This document shows, in pieces, positions 16,017 to 23,255 of a stretch of 24,000 bases of DNA. Origin of the DNA: Candidatus Pacearchaeota archaeon (GTDB lineage Archaea > Nanobdellota > Nanobdellia > Pacearchaeales > GW2011-AR1); assembly GCA_041660485.1 (NCBI GenBank), contig JBAZWF010000001.1, forward strand, positions 700,935 through 724,934. Direction: 5' to 3'. A program made the position numbers and the translations under genes. The notes under the pieces were generated by a model. That model made no database searches. It was not told the origin of the DNA and saw only the letters and a program-made list of their open reading frames with translations. Each line of letters opens with the position of its first letter. The first letter of the stretch is position 1.

Positions 16017-16300
16017 TAGGAGTTGGAAATAGGCCACATTCTGTTGTTCTTCTCTCTTGCGAAAGAACAGAACATGCTAACATCTGACTACGCAGCTCAA
16101 AGGCCTTGCACAAACCAGGATGCTCGTTCCAGCTGTTTCTCCATAAATGGAGTGTCCCGTTTCTATACCATTGCCCTGTCTCACAACAGTCTACTTGCGT
16201 AGATGGTTACATTAAGTGTGTGGACCTTCCTCAGAAGAATTTTGATTTTTCAAAATTCGTTGACTTAACAACACTCCCGAAGTTAGCTATCCAACTCCTA
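16017..16300 (-). ncRNA. rnpB: RNase P RNA, archaeal type
   Basis: The minus strand reads GGAGTTGGA...TCCAACTCC (P1 terminal helix), CTGAGGAAGGTCCACAC (CR-I, consensus GAGGAAAGUCC) and ACAGAATGTGGCCTAT (CR-V, consensus ACAGAAnnnGGCUUA). It is a GC-enriched island. The ends are approximate. Confidence 0.85.
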
Positions 16301-16368
16301 AAAATTCAAGAAAATCACGCTTTTTAATACTTTTGGTTTAAGAAAAAAGAATAAAAATTATATTAGAA

Positions 16369-16644
16369 TTAATCTGAAGATAAATCTCTTGGAAATGGTT
16401 TTTCATCATATAACCATGCTTCTAAAGCATTTAAGGCATTATATCTTCCTAATATACCTGTATATATTGGACCATAAACTTTTTTATCACCTAATTGAAA
16501 ATATGCTTGATAATGAAGTTCTTTTCCCCTAATAACATTTGCATATATTTCTTCTTTCTCAAAATAACTAATTTTATGCTTGATATGTAATGTATTTAAA
16601 ATTTCTTCTTCAGGCATTGGTTTATATGATTTTTTGTTTGCCAT
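16369..16644 (-). CDS. hypothetical protein (about 91 aa)
   Basis: ORF only. I prefer the start at MANKKSY (ATG 16642-16644), 1 nt after the upstream gene stop. The track start at 16671 would overlap by 26 nt. Confidence 0.5.
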   Translation of the reverse strand: MANKKSYKPMPEEEILNTLHIKHKISYFEKEEIYANVIRGKELHYQAYFQLGDKKVYGPIYTGILGRYNALNALEAWLYDEKPFPRDLSSD

Positions 16645-16645
16645 T

Positions 16646-17059
16646 TTATTTATATAATTCATACCAAACATTTTCAGGCATCAATTTGAGCCCAACTGCA
16701 ATCTGTTTCATTTGATATTTATCAGTTAATATCTTAACTACACTTTCAGTCAAAGGAACAAAGCCTTTACATTTATCATCTTTTAATTTTTCTTCTACAT
16801 AAGCTTCTATTCCTTTAGGAAATATATTTTCTTGACTATCTGGATTTATTATTAGAGAACCGGTATAATGATCTCGTGGTTTAAGTTGAGATTCTGAATA
16901 AAAATTATCAGTTAAAGCCGAGAAAAATCCTTCTCCATAATGAGATAAATATGATTGTAATGATTCAATTGCTTGCATACTTCCTAAAGCTAAAAGTGCC
17001 TGTTCATTTCCTAAAGCTAAAATTTCCTGCTCACTTAATTGTCTTTTTTCTTCTGCCAT
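16646..17059 (-). CDS. hypothetical protein (137 aa)
   Basis: ORF with an acidic, helical-looking N-terminus. No recognisable motif. Confidence 0.55.
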   Translation of the reverse strand: MAEEKRQLSEQEILALGNEQALLALGSMQAIESLQSYLSHYGEGFFSALTDNFYSESQLKPRDHYTGSLIINPDSQENIFPKGIEAYVEEKLKDDKCKGFVPLTESVVKILTDKYQMKQIAVGLKLMPENVWYELYK

Positions 17060-17214
17060 TTTATTTTCTCAGAATAAGCTCTGAGGTACTAACACCTCTA
17101 AACTTTTGAGATTATTTAGGTTTAAAAATCTATCTTTTCAAGATTTTTACAAAAGTACTATATATCAAAAGAAAAGACTTAAAAACTGATAAAGAATATT
17201 ATAATCATATACCC

Positions 17215-17239
17215 CCTAGGTTTGCACTGCAACCCTAGG
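17215..17239. promoter_or_regulatory. 25-bp near-perfect palindrome
   Basis: CCTAGGTTTGCA-C-TGCAACCCTAGG pairs at 11 of 12 positions around the centre at 17227. It lies between the stop of the 183-aa gene (17276) and the start of the 137-aa gene (17059), and TTTTT follows on the plus strand. Confidence 0.3.
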
Positions 17240-17275
17240 TTTTTACTTTTATGGCATCTAATAAAAGAGTGAAAC

Positions 17276-17827
17276 TTAACCTAATCCATAATTTCTTACA
17301 CCATACAAATAAGATGGAACTGCCTCTTTAAAATTTTCAATTAATTTTTTAACAAGAGGTTCTTGCAAAACTTTGCCCCTTATAGTTTCTTCAGATGAAA
17401 ATAAGCGTTGAAACCAAGACATCTCTTCTTTAGTCTGTTGAGTTTTTCTTTTTATTGCTGTTCTTAATTTTCCATTAATAACTCCTGCTTTAGCAGCCAT
17501 AAAACATTGTTCAATTGTATATTCATATTCTTTTTTAGAAGTATAATCTCTTGAAATTACTTCAGTATCTAAAAGTATTATCTCTTTTAATGTTATATAA
17601 TCGATTTTTCTATGTGCATGTGCATCAGAAACATCAAGAGCAAAATCATCAATTTGTGCAGGCCATGTTTGCCACGGTCCAAACATATATTCTCCATTAA
17701 CTATGCTATGCTCATTACCTGCTGAGTCAATAAAAGGGAAACTTTCTTTCCGAGTCACAATTTTAGAGCAGGGATATTCTTCACAAAATCTTCTTGCATA
17801 ATCTTTTATCAAACTTCCTTTAAACAT
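17276..17827 (-). CDS. hypothetical protein (183 aa)
   Basis: ORF with globular-looking composition (GPWQTWPAQIDDFALDVSDAHAHRKIDY). I recognise no family. Confidence 0.6.
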   Translation of the reverse strand: MFKGSLIKDYARRFCEEYPCSKIVTRKESFPFIDSAGNEHSIVNGEYMFGPWQTWPAQIDDFALDVSDAHAHRKIDYITLKEIILLDTEVISRDYTSKKEYEYTIEQCFMAAKAGVINGKLRTAIKRKTQQTKEEMSWFQRLFSSEETIRGKVLQEPLVKKLIENFKEAVPSYLYGVRNYGLG

Positions 17828-17871
17828 ATTTTATTTAATTAATAATGCCTTTTAAGTATTATTGTTATATA

Positions 17872-18429
17872 TCAAGATTTAGTATTTTTGAAAACCCCTT
17901 CATAAATCTTTCCTCTTATTGGGAAAGAATATCCTTCTTTAGAGTATTCTTCTAAAAAACTATTTTCTAACATTAAATCCTTTACTTCTTCAGAAGCTAT
18001 GCCATGACTTTTTCTTATTGGTTCTCTAATATAAATTCTTCCTTCTTTTTTTAAGTTATTATTCAAAACATTAATTACCTTTCCTCTTTCTTCTTTTTTA
18101 ATATCATGCAGAACATAATGCACAACTGCAACATCAAAACATCTTTCGCCCTTAAAATCTAAAATATCTTTACATCTAAAATTAATATTTTCATAATTTC
18201 TTAATCTTCTTTCTGCTTTCTCAATCCAATATTCAGAATTATCAATACAAACTAATTTTCCAAAAGGCAATTTTTCAGCTAAAAATCTAGATAAATTTCC
18301 TCCCCCAGAACCAACTTCAAGAACTTGTTCATTTCCTTGCAAAGATATTCTATCTGCATAATTTTTATAATTAAAATAAACTAAATATCTTATAAGATAG
18401 TCATCTATTATTTCTAAAGAAAGAGACAT
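17872..18429 (-). CDS. class I SAM-dependent methyltransferase
   Basis: Motif I VLEVGSGGGNLS, acidic-loop CIDNS, and post-I/II segments FDVAVVHYVLHDI and LKKEGRIYI. Confidence 0.85.
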   Translation of the reverse strand: MSLSLEIIDDYLIRYLVYFNYKNYADRISLQGNEQVLEVGSGGGNLSRFLAEKLPFGKLVCIDNSEYWIEKAERRLRNYENINFRCKDILDFKGERCFDVAVVHYVLHDIKKEERGKVINVLNNNLKKEGRIYIREPIRKSHGIASEEVKDLMLENSFLEEYSKEGYSFPIRGKIYEGVFKNTKS

Positions 18430-18439
18430 TTTAAATTAA

Positions 18440-18718
18440 TCATTCTCTTTTATCAATTAATGCTCTTGGAACTTCAATTAAAGTTTCTCCTTTTCCAACT
18501 TTTGATTCAAGCCCGGCATCAGAAGGATTAATTTGTTTTCCCACAATCAAGTAAACTTCTTTTCCTTCACGAGAAGCCCTATAATTAGAAGGACAAGCCC
18601 CCAACACACATTTCATTTCTCCAGGAGTTATTTCTTGTATTCCTTCATAAATTGCAGGACAAGCTCCAGCTACACATTGTATTTTTTCCGGAGTTATGTC
18701 CTTTATTTTATATTTCAT
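18440..18718 (-). CDS. small protein with duplicated ITPxxxxCVxGACPxxY motif
   Basis: 92 aa. ITPEKIQCVAGACPAIYEG and ITPGEMKCVLGACPSNYRA are followed by a beta-rich tail (VYLIVGK...GETLIEVPRALI). It is the first gene of a three-gene minus-strand unit with 10- and 44-nt gaps. Confidence 0.6.
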   Translation of the reverse strand: MKYKIKDITPEKIQCVAGACPAIYEGIQEITPGEMKCVLGACPSNYRASREGKEVYLIVGKQINPSDAGLESKVGKGETLIEVPRALIDKRE

Positions 18719-18722
18719 TTTT

Positions 18723-18780
18723 TATCTAAATTCTATATATCAAAGCCTATCTAAATTATCCTATCAATAATTCCTAAATT
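18723..18780. promoter_or_regulatory. three spaced CTAAATT motifs in a divergent promoter region
   Basis: TATCTAAATT at 18723-18732 and 18748-18757, and CCTAAATT at 18773-18780, with spacing of 25 and 23 bp. They sit between the CxxGACP operon and the Lrp-type regulator gene. Confidence 0.25.
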
Positions 18781-18830
18781 ATTAAAATTATAATAGAAAT
18801 ATTTAAATATATTAGTATTTTAATGGTTTT

Positions 18831-19793
18831 ATGGACTTAAAAGAAACTGATTATAAACTGCTAAGTTATTTATATCATGATTATAACGAACCTCTTTCAA
18901 AAATAGCAAAAGCTACAAAACTTTCAAGAGACCAAGTAGAATATAGGATCAATAAATATCTTGAAGAAGGGCTCATAAGAAAATTTTTCCCGGTTTTTGA
19001 CTGGAGCAAATTAGGATATAATATTTTAGCAATCTTGTTTTTAAAATTTGAAAAACCAAAAATGGCAGAAGATTTTTCAAAAAACTTGGTAAAAGATAAA
19101 AACTGCATGTCTTATGGAAAAGTTTATGGGGAATATGACTTATATCTAAACTGCATTTTCAAAGATGAAAAAGACTTTAATGAGTTCGTTTCTAAACTTT
19201 TTGAAAATGAAACTAATTTTATTACAAACCACATTATAATAAAACCCCAATTTACTGAGCTTTATCCTTTAAAATTCTTTAATCACTTAAATAAAGAAGA
19301 TTATCTTATTTCATCGGAATCAGAAAAAGAAACAAAATTAGATAAAGTGGATTTAAAGATTTTAGAAATTCTTTCTGAAAATGGGAGAGCAAGATTAATA
19401 GATATTGCAATAAAATCTAGAATTTCAAGCGAACTTGCCCTATATCGATTAAAAAGGCTGAAAAAAGAAAAAGTTATTCTAGGAAATAGAATTCAGTTTA
19501 ATATGTCTAAATTAGGCTATTTCTTCACAATTATTCTAATAAATTTTAGAAATTTTTCTGAAAAAAATAAAGATAAAATAAAGTCGTTTGTTAAAACTTC
19601 TAAAAATACAAACTCTTTAATCTTTAATTTGCATAAGCCCAATTGTATAATACAGCTTTTTCACAAAGATGAAAAAGAAATTAGGGAAAGCATAGAAAAA
19701 ATAAAAGAGTTGTTTAAAGAAGATTCAATTGAAATTAATGTTTTACAAATAGGAGAAGATGAAAAAGAAATAAGACCATTGCCTTTTTTATAG
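18831..19793 (+). CDS. fused tandem Lrp/AsnC-family transcriptional regulator (two HTH + effector modules)
   Basis: Module 1 is DYKLLSYLYHDYNEPLSKIAKATKLSRDQVEYRINKYLEEGLIRKF. Module 2 is DLKILEILSENGRARLIDIAIKSRISSELALYRLKRLKKEKVILG. Each is followed by an ~80-aa segment of RAM-like size. Confidence 0.75.
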   Translation: MDLKETDYKLLSYLYHDYNEPLSKIAKATKLSRDQVEYRINKYLEEGLIRKFFPVFDWSKLGYNILAILFLKFEKPKMAEDFSKNLVKDKNCMSYGKVYGEYDLYLNCIFKDEKDFNEFVSKLFENETNFITNHIIIKPQFTELYPLKFFNHLNKEDYLISSESEKETKLDKVDLKILEILSENGRARLIDIAIKSRISSELALYRLKRLKKEKVILGNRIQFNMSKLGYFFTIILINFRNFSEKNKDKIKSFVKTSKNTNSLIFNLHKPNCIIQLFHKDEKEIRESIEKIKELFKEDSIEINVLQIGEDEKEIRPLPFL

Positions 19794-19826
19794 TTTAATT
19801 AACTTTTTTAGAAGAGCTTTAAATCT

Positions 19827-20033
19827 CTATCTCCTCATCATCTTTTCAAGGCTCTTGCAAAAATCCTCGCAAAGTCTTTCTTTTGCTTTTTGCTCACAAT
19901 CTTTATTATAATGTGTGCTATATTTCTTTGGTTTTCTTTCATCAATTGTCATTTCAATTAAATGTGAGTTTTCTCTATAGGTAACTTCTCCACAACCATA
20001 ACATCTTTGGAACCAATATATTTGTTTTTCCAT
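19827..20033 (-). CDS. hypothetical small Cys-containing protein (68 aa)
   Basis: CYGCGE near the N-terminus plus three more Cys in a Lys/Glu-rich C-terminus. It may bind Zn. No family assigned. Confidence 0.4.
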   Translation of the reverse strand: MEKQIYWFQRCYGCGEVTYRENSHLIEMTIDERKPKKYSTHYNKDCEQKAKERLCEDFCKSLEKMMRR

Positions 20034-20168
20034 TTTACTACCTTAAAATTACGTGCCATCACTTAAAAATTGTGCGCTATTTAAACAAAACTATTCAAAA
20101 AAGCATATATTACTATACCTCTTTGCTTTTAAAAGAACTTTACTTAATTTATTAAGAGGAGGTGGAAA

Positions 20169-20321
20169 GTGAAGATAAAAGTACTATGTAGCAAAAAAGG
20201 CTCATCAAGGCTTTTAGAAGAGAACTTTGAACTTTTGAAACGCCTTATGAATAAGTATCCAAATGCCATATGGAAAAAGTATTCGCGAAATGGTAAGTCT
20301 GGATACGAACTTTATGTCTGA
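20169..20321 (+). CDS. possible 50-aa ORF with GTG start, absent from the ORF track
   Basis: AAGAGGAGGTGG lies 4 nt upstream of GTG. The ORF reads VKIKVLCSKKGSSRLLEENFELLKRLMNKYPNAIWKKYSRNGKSGYELYV and is followed by a long T-rich tract. It has no homolog motif, and other genes here lack SD sequences. Confidence 0.25.
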   Translation: MKIKVLCSKKGSSRLLEENFELLKRLMNKYPNAIWKKYSRNGKSGYELYV

Positions 20322-20360
20322 TTTTTTCTTTTTTTCTTTTTATTTTTCTACCTTTAATTC

Positions 20361-20699
20361 TTAAAAATTAAATAATCTCTCATAATCTTTATGAGACATC
20401 CAATCAAGTAATATAGATACAATTTTTATGTCATTTGATTCAATTGTATAAATTAATCTCCAAGCATTTGGGAGATTATATTTCCATAAGTTTGTTATTT
20501 CATAATTTTGTATATATTTTTTAGGCCATATGCTTTTTGGTATTCTTATTGCGCATAGGGGGTTTCCCTTTAGATCATCAATCGCCCTATTAAGAAAGTC
20601 ATATAATTGTCTGTCCTCAAATTTCCCTCTTTCTAATTCATCAAAAGCATTTTTCAGTTGCATTGAGATAAAAGCAACATTATTTTCTCGAATATTCAT
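20361..20699 (-). CDS. RelE/ParE-superfamily toxin-like protein
   Basis: The C-terminal half NLWKYNLPNAWRLIYTIESNDIKIVSILLDWMSHKDYERLF matches the lwkyrl..gyRliY....i.il.i.h.k.Y pattern of RelE/ParE toxins. It has 4-nt ATGA overlap with the upstream small gene. Confidence 0.6.
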   Translation of the reverse strand: MNIRENNVAFISMQLKNAFDELERGKFEDRQLYDFLNRAIDDLKGNPLCAIRIPKSIWPKKYIQNYEITNLWKYNLPNAWRLIYTIESNDIKIVSILLDWMSHKDYERLFNF

Positions 20700-20971
20700 C
20701 TTATTATTAGCTTTTTTTCATATAGTTGTCTTATTCTTTCCGGATTCCAAATCCAGATTATACAACCATCTTTATCTATTATTATTTTCCCAGACTTTTC
20801 TAAATAATCCAATATAACTAAGAATGTTTGGTACATCATTTTTTTAGGAAGTTTTTTCCATAGTTGATATTTTCCACATTCTTGACTATATTTTGCAATA
20901 GTTCTTTCTACCATCATAATACTTTCAAGTGTTGGGCTATGAATTATAACATTATTTTCTTGGAATCTCAT
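20696..20971 (-). CDS. putative cognate antitoxin / small winged-helix-like protein
   Basis: 91-aa ORF translationally coupled upstream of the RelE-like gene. YQTFLVILDYLEKSGKIIIDKDGCIIW resembles a recognition helix plus wing. Confidence 0.45.
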   Translation of the reverse strand: MRFQENNVIIHSPTLESIMMVERTIAKYSQECGKYQLWKKLPKKMMYQTFLVILDYLEKSGKIIIDKDGCIIWIWNPERIRQLYEKKLIIR

Positions 20972-21026
20972 ATTATATAAGTTTATATAATAATATATTT
21001 AAATCTTTCTATTTCTCTATAATAAA

Positions 21027-22082
21027 ATGAAACCTCAATTTATTTTCATAAAAACCTACGGCTGTCAGGCAAATATTAATGACTCTGAGATTTTAGCTCA
21101 TAAATTTGCTAAAAAAGGCTATATACTAACAGATTCAGAAGAAAAAGCAGATACAATTCTAATAAATTCCTGCTCTGTAAAAAATAAAACTCAATCAAAG
21201 ATTCTTCATTATATTAAAACCCATTATTCAACCAAAAAGATAATTCTCGCAGGATGTTTAATTAAAACAATTGATTTAAAAAAACAATTTCCAAAAATAA
21301 CTATTTTAGATACACTAAACCTAAAACGACTTAATCAAACATTAATAAGAAAAGACAAAGACATTGCAATAATTCAAATTAGCCAAGGCTGTTTAAACAA
21401 CTGCGCATTTTGTGCAACAAAACTTGCAAAAGGCAAATTAAAATCTTATTCTCCGCGAGATATTAAATTTGAATTAGAAAGAGCAGTGAGTGAAGGCTGT
21501 AAAAAAATATATTTAACAAGTCAAGACAATGGTTGCTATGGCTTTGACCTTAAACCTAAAACAAATATCTCAAATCTCATCGATGAACTAACAAAAGTGC
21601 AAGGCAATCAAAAAATCCGTGTTGGAATGATGAATCCTCAGCATATTATCAAATTCCTTCCACAGCTAATTAATAGTTTTAAATCACCAAAAATTCAAAA
21701 GTTTATTCACATTCCGGTTCAATCAGGCTCAAATAAAATTTTAAAAGATATGAAACGAGGACATAGTGTTGAAGATTTTACAAATATTGTCAGCGAATTT
21801 AGAAAACAAATTCCAAATATTGATATTGCCACAGATATTATTGTGGGCTATCCAAGTGAAACAGATGAGGATTTTGAAAAAACCTATCAGCTAATTAAAC
21901 AAATTAAACCCGAAGTAATTAACATAGCTTCATTTTCTTCACGCCCAAAAACTCAAGCAAATAAACTAAAACAGCTTTCATCTCAAATAATAAAGCAAAG
22001 AACAAAAAAGCTAAATTATTTATATCTGAGTTATAGGCCAGAGGTTGAGAAGAGATTTAGAGATAAGGGTTTAGGTTTATAA
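21027..22082 (+). CDS. radical-SAM methylthiotransferase (MiaB/MtaB family), no TRAM domain
   Basis: N-terminal MTTase domain Cys triad (TYGCQAN, INSCSV, LAGCL). Radical SAM motif CLNNCAFCATKLAKG. The protein ends about 20 aa after the radical-SAM core. Confidence 0.85.
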   Translation: MKPQFIFIKTYGCQANINDSEILAHKFAKKGYILTDSEEKADTILINSCSVKNKTQSKILHYIKTHYSTKKIILAGCLIKTIDLKKQFPKITILDTLNLKRLNQTLIRKDKDIAIIQISQGCLNNCAFCATKLAKGKLKSYSPRDIKFELERAVSEGCKKIYLTSQDNGCYGFDLKPKTNISNLIDELTKVQGNQKIRVGMMNPQHIIKFLPQLINSFKSPKIQKFIHIPVQSGSNKILKDMKRGHSVEDFTNIVSEFRKQIPNIDIATDIIVGYPSETDEDFEKTYQLIKQIKPEVINIASFSSRPKTQANKLKQLSSQIIKQRTKKLNYLYLSYRPEVEKRFRDKGLGL

Positions 22083-22170
22083 ACAGACTTATTCTAATTT
22101 TTTTATGAACTCAAACAACATCGAAATAATCCTTATCCGGACCCCTTACCCTCTACATTGCAATTATTAA
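22076..22170 (+). pseudogene. decayed duplicate of the promoter and 5' end of the U32 peptidase gene
   Basis: TTTATAAAC, then 20 nt, then ATGAACTCAAACAACATCGAAATAATCC (22105-). This parallels TTTATAAAC, then 20 nt, then ATGAATCTGAACAACGAAATCGAAATAACATCC at 23227-23287. The left copy is open for only 21 codons. Confidence 0.45.
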
Positions 22171-22214
22171 ATGTAAAGGGTAAGATTTATAAACTCTAAT
22201 TCTTTAATTTCTTA

Positions 22215-23213
22215 ATGGTGTATATATACAAGAAAATCGTAAGTGGTAAATCCTACTATTACCTAAGAGCTTCTAAACGTAGTGGTAAAAGGATACTAAC
22301 TAAAGATATTGCTTATTTAGGAAATTCAATAGAGGAAGTAAAAAAGGCGCTTGATAGATTATCAGGGCAGAAAAAAGAAATAAGAAAAGCATATAGAACT
22401 ATCAATCTCTTTCTTGAATCTAATTATTACTTAGAAAAGATAAAAGCTCAGAAATTAAAAAGAAACGAATGGTTAAAAGAAAAATTAGAAGAAATTGAAG
22501 CATGTAAACTCCATTATATTAATGTTTTTAACAAAAAAGATGAAAAAACAAAAGAAGAAATGTGGAAGAATTTTATAATTGAATATACATATAATACTGC
22601 ATCTATTGAAGGCAATACAATTAATTTGGAAGAAGCAAGAAGTTTATTACAAGAAGGCCTTACGCCAAAAGACAAAACATTAAGAGAAATATATGATTTG
22701 CAGAATTCAGAAAAAGTATTTTTTGAAATTATAAAAACAAAAGAAGAAATAACTCATCAGTTTATTATTATAATACATGATAAAATTATAGAAAATATTG
22801 ATTTACGAAAAGGTTATAGGACAACAGATATTCGGGTAATTCGTTCAAATTTTGATGCGACTCCTGCACCTTATGTAAAAACTGATATGGACTTACTGCT
22901 TAAGTGGTATGAAAAAAATAAAAATATTCTTCATCCCCTAGTATTGGCTACTTTATTTCATCATAAATTTGAGAAAATACATCCGTTCATGGATGGAAAT
23001 GGTAGAACAGGAAGAATGCTTTTGAATTATATTCTAATTAAACATTTATACCCTCCAATGATTGTTCATAAAAAAACAAAAAAAGAATATTTAGAGGTAA
23101 TGAGAACTGCAGATAAGAGCAAACCCGCAGAATCTAAAATTGAAGATTACGCCGATTTGATACAATTTAATGCCCAAGAATTTATTGATACTTATTGGAA
23201 TACTTTTCTTTAG
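22215..23213 (+). CDS. Fic-domain protein (AMPylase family)
   Basis: Canonical Fic motif HPFMDGNGRTGR. The 332-aa size is typical. A TTTATAAA box lies 22 nt upstream of the ATG. Confidence 0.9.
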   Translation: MVYIYKKIVSGKSYYYLRASKRSGKRILTKDIAYLGNSIEEVKKALDRLSGQKKEIRKAYRTINLFLESNYYLEKIKAQKLKRNEWLKEKLEEIEACKLHYINVFNKKDEKTKEEMWKNFIIEYTYNTASIEGNTINLEEARSLLQEGLTPKDKTLREIYDLQNSEKVFFEIIKTKEEITHQFIIIIHDKIIENIDLRKGYRTTDIRVIRSNFDATPAPYVKTDMDLLLKWYEKNKNILHPLVLATLFHHKFEKIHPFMDGNGRTGRMLLNYILIKHLYPPMIVHKKTKKEYLEVMRTADKSKPAESKIEDYADLIQFNAQEFIDTYWNTFL

Positions 23214-23255
23214 ACTTTTCCCTACTTTTATAAACCCCCATTTTCTCGTCTTTAT

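Noticed and set aside
16106-16327. 73-aa plus-strand ORF from the track
   Set aside because: It lies entirely antisense to the RNase P RNA, which shows its P1 helix and CR-I and CR-V blocks. The open frame is a by-product of the GC-rich RNA gene.
18533-19108. ORFs 18533-18754 (+) and 18881-19108 (-), and likewise 20530-20817 (+), 4248-4436 (-) and 12449-12631 (+)
   Set aside because: They overlap better-supported genes on the opposite strand or frame, and their translations are low-complexity.
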